Of a stretch of DNA of 64,000 bases, positions 21,001 through 24,764 are shown in pieces. The notes beneath the pieces are model-generated. The model ran no database searches. It saw nothing but the letters and a program-made list of their open reading frames with translations, and was not told the origin of the DNA. This DNA comes from Caecitellus pseudoparvulus (Eukaryota; Protista; Bigyra: Bicosoecida): NCBI GenBank assembly GCA_965644315.1, contig CBFFRQ010000066.1, forward strand, positions 372,001 to 436,000, given 5' to 3'. Position 1 is the first letter of the stretch. Each line of letters opens with the position of its first letter. A program made the translations under genes and the position numbers.

Positions 21001-22333
21001 ACTGTCGGTAGCAGGCTCCACAGACTCCGACGGCAGCATCATCGGCGCGCGATGGGAAGTCGTGGGTGCACCTGAAAGTGAACGCTTGGCCCTGGCCGAA
21101 CTGTCTCAAGTGCTGTTCGAAAGCAACGGCATGGTCACCACTGCACTGGTCGGAAGTCGCCATGTGCCATTGGAAGGGCAGTACACGTTGCGCGTGCACG
21201 TTCTGGACAACACCGGCGGATCCAGCTCGGTTGACATTGCGGTTCATGTGCTGGCATCGGTCCCCCGCTCCTCGCCAGCCATTGCAGCCCTGCGACGTTT
21301 CCCAGCCACACTTAGCGTCGCAGAAGCCACCTTTGGCTCGAACGTGCAGCTCGTTGGGGTGGACTGGGCTTGTGTGACCTTCCAAGGGGGTGCCGAGGTG
21401 GACGGCCCCGCAAGCTGCAGGGTACTTACCATCACACCGAGCACCAACATGCTCTCGGCAAGCGTCGCCGATTTCCCTGACGTTGGGGTGTACACCATGC
21501 AAGCCAAGGTCCGGGTGTCGATGCCTGTGAGCGCCGGAATCACGGCGGGTCAAGCCATGCGTGACCAGCCAGCTGTCGAGGCGTTGACCAGCGGCCGCCA
21601 ACACTTCCTGTTGGTGAGCACGACCACCATCCGCGTGCACCAGTCCCCTCAAGCTTGGATTGACGTCCCTGAGACCCAAATGTTGCGAGACGGCATCGTG
21701 AATGCGACGGTGGGCCAGCTCGTCGACTTTTCTTCCCGTCGAAGCAGTGACCTGGACGATGGCGGGGCTCTGGTCGCCCGAGTGTGGAGCGCACAGCCAG
21801 TGGCTGTGCAGGGCGAGGGGGTGCCATCACCTGTGGTCCTGTTGAAGGACCCGCAAAGCATTGACGTTGTCGTGGCCTTTGCTGCCGTGGGAGAGTACGA
21901 AGTGGTGCTCACCGTCACCGACGGCGACGGCGCGAGCGTTGCCACATCCATATCCGTGCACGTTGCCGACGGCGCGTCGCCTGAGTCCACGACACAGCCC
22001 GTGGACACTGCAGGTCAGCAGGAAACGGAGAGTGCCACCTCTCCAGCGGCTGCGCGGGCAGCCGGAATTGTCGTCGTTGTCGTCCTCGTCGTCGGTGCTG
22101 CTCTGTTCGCGCTGTACCGCTGGCGCGGTGCCGGCGCCAAGACATCCACTGCATCAAGCTCTGCCGGGTCAGAAGGCGAGCAGAGGCCCCTTGCGGAGCA
22201 CGCCGCTGCCCCTGTGGCGATTGACATGCCGCTGGTGCCGGCTGACCCCGCCACGGAGGCGACCCACGAGCAGGAGCAGCCTCCTGTGCCTGACGCTGTG
22301 CCAACACAGGAGTCAGACGCGAAAGAGTCCTGA
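2..22333 (+). CDS. Giant (>7,431 aa) intronless type I membrane/surface protein: helical N-terminal region, ~30 FN3-like repeats, FG-GAP-like repeats, GPS/GAIN-like motif, PKD-like domains, single TM; 5'-partial
   Basis: Stop-free frame from position 2 to TGA at 22331-22333, so the true start lies upstream of the window. Recurrent 'W.GF.D.ESG...Y...GT.PG..D' and 'N.AGL....S.SDGV.VD.TPP' motifs at ~5400-19100. 'LGSALAW..LLAIGA' and 'LLVGAP..GRVF' at ~17500-18000. CHLTQFAM at 19607-19630. 'LDAAGSHDADG..FSW'-type PKD repeats at ~19870-21970. Hydrophobic GIVVVVVLVVGAALFALY followed by RWR at ~22060-22125. Confidence 0.9.
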   Translation, partial: ASCSASSEAASLLQHVAAALRATCVDNLAGVVTFDTLRSSARFLEVHETVQERLGAASDVLLLELQGAQESDIIDVARPAMEAAAAVATRSADMLAVELEERLVLLNEGVLSSIPRPAELSQLVNVMQGMQSTLQDSVRAAAEAEAEMQPVLDDAAFVLRALATTADDASTVFDQLDMFSDLLDTLNHFLQEAPVHVRSVEANAEEALAEVQSWAQDALQMGISDLSTQLTLVAGSIAREMEASLVVGTEALLEAGEGMAANGSLHLPSSPFSAMSTVATAAHQNLLDTLFEGDCSRFDTFSKIVGSLAGVATTTDEPAVRQAALEATGALQGISRHAIGVRHFSSRTNTSAERYMQFAQHVPALLAELDGIQASASVLDTAFVQTLQHAAAQWAKRIPASLQKLAASAQGAAGSAREALIPSVATVAEAVSRHADSLDSQLTQAKSGREVVSVMYQTIDLLQDELDSISQSLSQLTSAAEESSRALQSMSPILQLVNGASPLMSEFNDLQQQALSVSAALPSMLRTYASQSCVEGALCIRTAMNGQLGELHDVVTRISDGVVGSNALLRGINNLLPPSLEAAAAASEMLNGVAQAVQHHAVEGPLGAKGAMRSAAVAAISSASKLTEVSDTVGGFLLRASAAVHEYGRIGPSVAHDLTIIAESGWVPDALQANSAALRVALADGVDQIEHIELFVLPAMQSFQAWKASAAAALRKVVLDDFIRVPALAAAALLAVPDMSDLVVDVRQKSAVLQEAVGAFVVTRTAELTRPSSRAQPMSCRSGDCTLMHDPVTLRTPLYDGVIIGTMTHFWYENFVPISPGCLIFGYPCRGDDWRLELPGLLEDWVPQGIEALSYKRQLISYYGVGSNAQRPSLFVVMNDDEEIESIFELYLANGQPYYGTVADVTHAVDPRKGDYDLLWTCSDRTDWSRAQHSKHRVPPTAREGHIIAFDFAELERKLGKSPHVQRLTAVTDPIPVDVKPNYLHYERRSFSEKDETVLFVGEYYEPGEPPQPMRVAGTPRRAKSQSGVLHSEGRPAPAPVQNATYAPDRSRSPSLDPYAHSSKWSFTLDVSAHHTVDDVYDDEFCAQGAYGEYSNDWMKESTDSFADPDRNTAWERCQKGWLVGYTLEDDGMPRALHEDLFYDIDEAEWAEEATRLGQVAAEQGEAGSQPADLLNADADTCGVPEPVVDLRELGEPAPGFIPHTQALAPNFIIKVGPRKKGFFLFDRLGFRNMAFSECSFVQGYSTCAIVFHELVQEEKLCYLDLPDPAVEAVIVDWPVSGGTWILVDSTANDDTIANRAPAGGRAPTSNAPREKADFPPLIPAGKPTGQEEEEKGTTLIKMKAPAGLESLTYYEDFGVIFFMALTSSGAGAHFQRVQDIGGIVDDSAYKLTVPAVRNLSPTTVENIVFFRTRQDREPFFMVSWLGPRCIVNLDADFCEEVKFRFPKIWFNRRLQQRQGRNLGADSDAIVVDMSPLTHSERDLRVAGLEPVHALSKVLAANSIQDGTAPDIWIRDTSGRLLSVAPAHLLQQENLQNAWKHTVGMSHKHRTFSQPRQALHPRDSVGRQIQESKYFTTDPLAARRQLFCDDTTTSSDPFAALATDDGSLVAGAADVPDFCLSSYSTLGTHTQNILTIPIQIPFPYVAIGFILTTAVDIQLDLAVAVCFQEKMLLISPIPLVTPWVSFAVEVGLRLIKPGLRAIVRVVTLAIVPTMSIGLTPGGGLRVCLMLDLGLRGPRVDIEAYFTTFLCIECKCCPIKIGFARFPRCIVVWCDEQVIPIFSTYPLGNTWYTWHLFTICLYKPDSTVPELDDAFVLPHQDDEHTVSINFGGAWDPQARIYRYAAALGTRPMRQDVFAFATERDVTSFTFAGVQCPGEDVLTYATVVFINAESLEAAKSVPFVCDATGPEVFDLQVYDASIDTFVQASDFQVINATSALYVRFKVVERAHTSGITMVQMGIGSAPGLDDVSFFKDIGHEHSMQKKASSWYTAGATELDLQHGLYYWVTIRTVNSLGIQAFYSSHPLFVDRTGSRAVYIAESGGLRGWGYNENVTFYGSAFTVAVAWDEFEDAEGTRTVKYEVNLYDVDEDRMVISDNFGLAPHVSVGSAQSFLFQLPPSDALVEGHTYRWSIISQTSAGAKLESLSDGFVSDPSPVNVFSLSERKIKADVDYEALSRNPGTAPVNEPQRVLFESEVSKQDLDFVSSLPVLHVSWQSWDDLSGVESLVVGVGPSPGSADLSGWRTLQPDQQEVVLLGVPVLAHMPLFVTLRATNGARTERWYVSDGLVVDETPPVMDRQFRFFDCDPTSRACNIWADVDFQSVNASLISTWASGFIDPHSFVDHFQVFLGTQPVTEAARDCLDFIAHSRGQIPPAVLEQDLDLVARVSDPLAETRCGGLRTNASFFDVGGPVFLPFSSSRYRWNNFSRPLEHGQVYYTTIRAVNKAGLSSWRSTTGVTIDITPPDSVLVVDGNPDQSSFPNRHPNATRGDMQYQRENRAAFGSWTASNDSESGIAQTVVFMRHAQSHIAVSREFPVPPGQAPANLQATLPVDLEDMRQGEAYEFAVRVTNRAGLSSLSASDGVTIDTSPAEIEFVHLLVNSSTPGVATSPDNMIGLQWAVREPDSELLACRFFLGTLPGSADLLPETFVFPYQLAAPAPVAAPPVDGSSLAPSRVPSAGLGPQAGLDEATAFLRYDWGSAPQQRAVHWATVPAGMFKDGVSIHATVRCETRTGATTFRSSDNSILVDVTPPQPGFVRDGERGRVDIDFTSLRDSLLANWGQFEEHGSGLETYSVCVAGVGAEDPCELLGPTDVGLVTSVLIDLTAAPLSRHAAYTVTVIARDFAGHETAVASDGVFVDDTPACDGTAFILHGFPGDSSLGQQPEFTSLSNLLRLHWFGFRDNQTGIAEYTVHVGSEPFADDIKLPRSVGPALQAAVVDIDLQHLQTVWLTTTAVNAIGLKHSVSSSSMTFDATAPLCSALDGHIPSEDLDFTPRFVPHIQWQVDDPESGILRVEWAVGTAPGLSDHIAFQDGPTERSAIVSYPDIVLPPGQQFYTTVRVTNGGGAVTVCSSDGVIVDLTNPTVRMPPRDGPSLVDADVTANATHVHGRTAFQDPESGISEVRARVLQVQGAGPNAVETEAHPWETLHSSALAGGFVLSLSSPLAHSAAYVLEVSATNAVGGSVTARSDGFVLDATPPQCTEVTDGPTAGQDIDLQASRGAIAACWSCDDDMSPIVRHEMRVLARPASNQSAQWSPVNAWRSVGRSTCARGAGFDVTTGLQYSVQVRAFTEVAASATKQSDGVVVDLTPPVPGSIADGPLAGDGGQGPDIDLVSSSRGLQGSWSGWADVESGIAGYQCGFGTSPGSDDIQEFRDVPVRSEAAEQAVYTCSADVPLQLSQPYHMTVLATNFVGLQAAASTDGVRSDTTSPLSDATRTPQFIPTVALPGDLRAQDTWPEIVSGADIFVPVSTFFDPESSLETVQVTLRWVPGPDSPDALRRQEIIGSRTLPARFGLPKAVFRNVTVYDGERLQAVATATNPLGMVSQPAVSVPGTVDTRTITPGIVKDGFCEEGSAACPDVDLLPFDDSIGAFWTGFVDARFEANDLVYTWCASSAAPSAPSEAPVCDVVARHEVGPRTSAARQASLSLPHGSRVFVTVEATNPLDQTVRSTSDGIVFDPSPPAILDIAIVEAAGSEHAPWLKSTSRLAIAVNVSEPESEVACSASLGPAAGLATLASSADLVLSGTSGGMLTGRLSVGNLSLPLGSALVATVSCENTAGLVSTGSSPPSIVDTSPPEAGIVAATLDPITQVPADSWTEQNQMAAFWTGFRDQESDTVAYSWFIGSVAGGADLLVQTPVGLDRDASASGLSLTDGEVIFISVTATNGAGMSTTSTSSPIFVDASPAVVDGGAVMDSPQFPSDESVSNEHRQLTMAWDLAAFTDPHSGVSGFKVAWFTSQAWGAPVTEVVSVAPDQATWTASGLDLAPGTYYAGVIAVNGVGLESLPVFSDGIIIDTTPPVLASSPTVTPNTSGAAFPTPLLVAWDAAVHDPESGIAGAQWAVCESLPVADSLIIQASGEDGGITTVRVQDAEAPMSAGSANAVEGAPSSPLLGTEVLVTLPAGTVNDAHSAGTTQRRCALPWSQLSDPAAGSLLLDSLPLRDGVAYSALLRYKNVAGQVATIASDSFSVDASPPVPVVVKDGLLASDVELSKSWAAVSASWHAFEEPHSAMREYEWCVGTQPGLGDVLPCTSTGLLTQASAEVDPAVVAAANMQDVQTALNGKRGMRSWYVTVRGWNAAGLVAEMYSNGVRVDAMPPVAGVVLDTTGPGQTEDVASQTDSTSIHTSWEGFDDLGSGIASYTWCVGAVSGSCEAVSAQDVGLSTQASAANLALADGVYFSTVTAVDAAGNTVSATSNGVRVDTVAPEVTFVRATLEGGAALAPGSSVFVTRSANGVLVEWGSSEAGSVAVAVCGIDPTSEDAACALRPAQAPTAASFARFSGLTFVNGIQYHAFVQVTDEAGLQSGWKQSQELVFVDSSPPVSGTATVVSMLHVQHCALYGADGGIGESALGEPEGVLAFGNAVVGPHCADEGVIAPTRSAAGPGVTASAWPVQVSWDGFVDEESGIVGYTVCLGSLPGSDDAMECATVGATEHVLAVHHDMLRPAFAGSKQATTLYATVTAANPVGNSSVAVSDVLYVVPLGPDAEEAVVQDGALLEDAAFYIASGEVSARWGGFKLRSEMELPGEHAWRNTFISYLVGWGTAPGLTDVVEFHNASDADTLTVSGVELDPYGGQVIYATVRAYGAQGVFSAATSDGALVVSTPPVPPAKVLALELPGSLNTSAADVASEVDLGTTVSSAFLARDDGLLLVWQAFARGDADVVSYEAAVCLASAAEACIEGIEQVEWYSTGSARHAALAGMDLVPGLQYVGLVRATDAAGMTSDVRSPVFSVDVSPAVSEEAVSVYQPFGGFAGDAASNLPDFVAEIVAEETAAVTFAGLSGALVSFQGLGDAESGLSSISWCIGTTVATCDVHPMEPLPPQETAQAVNNRQLVIPSTLNDSALCSAILAAKRASMQRAAARTNASSEAVHATAGPAFIRLSIVNGAGLESELIAPPVLVDCTDPIAASVEFGYISDTDAANDPGLGAVLTEDSAGESSVQLSAVAYTDDAGYAGYHWQPWVDADSDVVVYFACLASGPEANKARATLQSGGHDLWLQGHCDIHPLQRVSESTVLGWESYRLQLTPGAPYAALVVGVTAAGRFSWTVGQALVPDITAPLPPLRTVQEVGVVGNETVADVDYLDLSAGTLAASWGDFQDAESPLVSYEWTVVEEHPNKPVISVQQAGSDNPEWLNRHFLFDWLDVGLATDAEMRVLDLKPGMRYRVAVRGHNAAGHFTEVLSDGVMLDEGDVCMGNVSVGPDPAVDSEYLTFEDTIAATWEALLDGANMQPLLECALKKSEGGAGGETVELSGNASEVLIGVPAAPVSHFEWQLKIMNPSNASEFDQPGPRNETIAPIDIAAQNVSTLNPKREQREPVSLAPNSESNHTAFSVVMPWEQAGARYASAWSACCSSYNEKLKPATYLDFNWRSITDDVVGMGSSLLTPAPGVLLVGHEHGVLLSSASDPSVASQSLETVGPHLAAWAPQPAEWQVNPTPASRSLLLASAGASGLHVSQLSVHGNWTALETDACSLSLPLVGGDVSLARFADFRAGVASSALAFEANGEVVAAGFTAQGEPVLASVDTAACSVVSVEQLPGSGSGTPVAVSASATLSAAAAGTTMMIKATGEREFSDGTVPVSISPEVVGGDVVTAVGPDGLVAASWPSAGTSASGHVAIMRHTESGLQPLCGVAGPAEGAQLGSALAWQAGVGGLTSSEGALLAIGASGMEAAVLVKVAVTSGQAADMQLGAWPPVRFDDVALTWTLGNASALPWCTDVTIMRPPSPTNIASSSLGSIGDAAALAYGTGSAVAFTPAEGGTLLVGAPFGATWAVSHGGSAGTGRVFGAAWCAPGAAKQYNRGGALPFTCRACGAGYHSHGGADPTCSYCEGRVCVGDEEVTFAAEREGLPLKLGSNYQIDVRAITLSNKQAVAVSRVFLVDWTPPQLGQVTDGVSLDPGEASEECGSICTMNTDYTNDTTAVHVSWSGWEDWQSGMSHYIVGAGTEPGLDDVAAWRPVYGRNNASLAAALQQGQYVYACVMGVNNANLTSAPNCTDGFWVDTTPPVMRTVLDGYDGPDLDQQTSTDLFLGNWDAEEDVPGGLQLYEWALATYSLEALTEDANVSALVRNTPWGADFPGTGGTVMRKDANGNFELLAGPRPRPNLLEWETTDRYTYGLALQRSTFLSNATKDSVVFVWVRAHNKVGLPSPYGQSNGVIIGRSDAVVDPDVPTAMGFDTMPSTGYGGLEEAESPPSTVGAVEFPAGSTSGNQRFTAGVVEEDDEGVVDPSKTSPPANNFKFGDYSFSINAVDDNGERIEGFRFEKPILVSMFYKVGSTRTEQEASFPKLMFYSSVTEEWLNAVDTCTGDDRFEFVDPATNQYSVHVCHLTQFAMFQQLRPVAVISHGDHVVSSSQDLNTVGASTAVVPIGSHRGQAAVAVDGALAAGHTAFVASPRGITSDFNVYTVNWSPQGNHMITLDAAGSHDADGTVETFSWELKGVSVQGNTSLGQGLATTQEATSIRLGPFQAPGMYYACLNISDNQDAWAAATYMIRMNSAPSAMASIPTLLQWPAAQRVSVSAVGSADPESSSLSYTWSVVQATPVASAADIADCTATFQDGAGRETDFSPTCPGLYKLQVRVADADGHFDLASGTVRLNSQPTAVISEPDMDLAAAQATLHGLGSHDDTAVIRYSWQLWILLPAEMATLLKPHTSVLQHDTDIQVLGSGALQLPALNEPQWAAWNASAAALAAGNGTESEGLEALQAIAGLRAALLGSSIDTAIDESTRFSEHVTLLGINQGTQYQVTLRVEDAHGGQGTTSRAFATNTLPTVELAGPSTIHILADEALRVLLSVAGSTDSDGSIIGARWEVVGAPESERLALAELSQVLFESNGMVTTALVGSRHVPLEGQYTLRVHVLDNTGGSSSVDIAVHVLASVPRSSPAIAALRRFPATLSVAEATFGSNVQLVGVDWACVTFQGGAEVDGPASCRVLTITPSTNMLSASVADFPDVGVYTMQAKVRVSMPVSAGITAGQAMRDQPAVEALTSGRQHFLLVSTTTIRVHQSPQAWIDVPETQMLRDGIVNATVGQLVDFSSRRSSDLDDGGALVARVWSAQPVAVQGEGVPSPVVLLKDPQSIDVVVAFAAVGEYEVVLTVTDGDGASVATSISVHVADGASPESTTQPVDTAGQQETESATSPAAARAAGIVVVVVLVVGAALFALYRWRGAGAKTSTASSSAGSEGEQRPLAEHAAAPVAIDMPLVPADPATEATHEQEQPPVPDAVPTQESDAKES

Positions 22334-22764
22334 GGCATCCATTGTGCCCAATGTGCCTGGCACAGAGCCTTGACTCTTTCCAACCCTTGCTGTTTATCTT
22401 CGCTGAGGCCTGATCTTGTGAAGGGAACGTGGCCAGTCCTCAGGCCCCACGTGCCTCCCCTGCGTTTCGGGAAGCTGTGAGCCGAAAGGACGAAGCCCCT
22501 GGCATTTCACTACTGCTCATGCGCAGCTGTGATCCAAATGCACACCCACAGGCCCCATCGAAGCCACCACCGCGTCCGGGGCAACCAGTAGACCATGCAG
22601 GCGCCCCTCACACAACTGCACGGGATACAACCCCACGCCAAGAAGCTGGCGAGCGCGCAACAGATTGTGAATGAAAGTACTTCTCCTGCGGAATCTCGGG
22701 GCAGCCCCACAACTGAGCCTGCGCCTGGCGGGTGAATTTGGCAGCTCCGGTTGCGGCATCCGCC

Positions 22765-23627
22765 ATGGCTGCCGGTGCATCGGCAAGGCTGCAGCGTGAA
22801 TTGAAGGGGGTGAATCAGGATGAAACCAGTGGGGTGCGGGTGCACCCAGTAGTTGAAGGTGATCTGACGCACATGATTGGGACGCTGGAGGGCCCGGATG
22901 ACTCACCTTTCGAAGGTGCGGCAGGGAGCCGTTTCGCTGCCGTTTCGCCGACGTGACGGTGCTTCCACTGCTCCTGCCGTCCCCTCGTTCCTTTCGCAGG
23001 TGGAGTATTCAAGGTGTGTGCTTGTTCCACTCTACCCGCAGGCTGCTGCTGCTTTGGGTGCTGCTTGGCGCGATGCGCTTCACTGCCCTCCGTGGTCGCG
23101 CCTTGTGACAGGTGGACATCGAGATCCCCGACGAGTACCCGTTCACCCCCCCCAAGTGCCGCTTCCTAACGCCCCTGTGGCACCCCAACGTCAGCAGTCA
23201 AACCGGCGCCATCTGCCTGGACATCCTCAAGTCCGCCTGGTCGCCTGCCCTCACTCTGAAGACCATCCTGCAGAGCCTGCAGGTGCTGCTGCTGTCGCCG
23301 GAGCCAGACGACCCCCAAGACGCAGAGGTGGCGTCCATGTACAAGGCGGACATCGCCGCGTACAACGCCAAGGCGGCGCAGTGGACGGCGCAGTTCGCGA
23401 AGGAAGGGGGGGGGGGCGGCGACACCCCCGCCACACCGGCCCCGGGCCCGGCACCGGCCCCCGGCCCCGCCGATGCAGTTGCCGGGTCCAGCGGGGTGAT
23501 GTCGGGCGACGTGGGCATGCTGACTGCCATGGGTTTCAGCAAGGCGGAGTCCCTGGCTGCGTTGGCGTCTGCGGGGGGCGATGTGGACACTGCAGTGGCC
23601 ATGCTGCTGTCTGCCGGGCAGGGATGA
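22765..23627 (+). CDS. UBE2K: Ubiquitin-conjugating enzyme E2 with C-terminal UBA domain (UBE2K/E2-25K/Ubc1 type); exons 22765-22915, 23000-23013, 23112-23627
   Basis: Spliced product [14 protein letters not shown]...[28 protein letters not shown]...[27 protein letters not shown] contains the HPN motif and catalytic Cys. [11 protein letters not shown] is present, and the UBA segment reads [30 protein letters not shown]. The GT-AG introns restore the frame exactly. Confidence 0.95.
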
Positions 23628-23691
23628 GGGTGGGGTGAATTGATGCAATGCAGAACACGGAACACTCGGGAGGAGCGGGCAGTGCCCTGCT

Positions 23692-24549
23692 CTAGGACGC
23701 CTTGCTCTGTGTGGCGCCCGTCACGAAGGCGAGGAGGGTGGCGGGGGTGGTGGCGGACCAGGGAACCTCCCCAAACACTTCGCTGCGCAGGCGCATGCGT
23801 CGCTTGTCGAATTTGGAGTTGGAGAGCACTGAGAAGTACGAGAAGACGCCGGAGAAGACATGCCACATGCCGTGCCACAGGCGTAGGTAGTCGTTTTCGT
23901 CGTCCAGGCCGAAGGAGAAGCAGACCAGGGCGGCGGCCATGGCGCCAAGCGCCACGCGAACCTGCACTGCGTTCACGTCGGCCCACCTGCGCTGCCAAGT
24001 CAGCTTGCCAAACAGCACCAGCAGAGGTACAGCGATGGGGATGAGGGTGCAGATGGGGTTCCAAGGCCCGATTTCCATGCATACCAAGATGAGCAGTGTG
24101 TACGCCCAGGTGAAGGCTTGGTCCTGGCAGGCGAGGGGCGGGTGGGTGGTTGCGGAAATTGCGAGACTGCGCAAAATCCGCACCGCCTGCACTCACCACG
24201 GACGGGTGCGCGTTTTGCATGAACAGAACGATGATCTGGATGATGTTGATCATGGCACAGATGTTGTCAAGCTTGTGCCACTGTGGGGGAGGGCGGGTGG
24301 TGGGTCGCACTGCATGGCATGCGCAGCCACTGGCCTCACCTGCACCGCATCCATGGACAGCAGCGTGCCGCCCAGCGTGTCCAGGGTGTGGTAAATGGTG
24401 GAGGAGGACATGGTGAGCAGCCCCACCACTGCTGCGTCCATGCGCTGCCGCCGCAGGACCAGGAAGAAGGTGGGCAGCATGGTGGCGTTGGTGAGCACGC
24501 TGGTGAGCACTTGCAGCCATTTCTCCGCAGAGCTCTGTGGTGGGCCCAT
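23692..24549 (-). CDS. CREST-superfamily multi-pass membrane protein (TMEM8/myomaker/DUF3522-like); exons 24549-24340, 24280-24197, 24123-23692
   Basis: TNxxxLP in TM1, SxxYH (SSTIYH), WHKLDN, and DDENDY..WHGMWH (HxxxH) match the CREST zinc-binding motifs. Two GT-AG introns keep the frame. Confidence 0.8.
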
Positions 24550-24764
24550 GGCGTCGGAGGGCCTCCTGGGGCACAGGCGGCAGGCACCTCAGGGGTGCGT
24601 GGTGGCGCGCACAGTCTCCGCGTGCACTGCCCAGGCGGGGTGGTCAGGTGCAGTGCATTTGGCGGCGGCAAGCCACTGCCGCAGCCATGCTGGCGTGAGA
24701 ACATACGGCAGCCCTGTACACTCGTGTGGCAGTGGAGGCGTGGGCAGGCAAGGTGCAGGCGAGG

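Noticed and set aside
2-22333. Giant ORF as an endogenous viral or mobile element
   Set aside because: No capsid, integrase, polymerase or terminal repeats are visible, and the architecture fits a cellular membrane protein.
23198-24574. 458-aa minus-strand ORF spanning two genes
   Set aside because: Only its short WHKLDN exon belongs to the CREST gene. The rest is off-frame or antisense to the E2 gene, which is expected at high GC.
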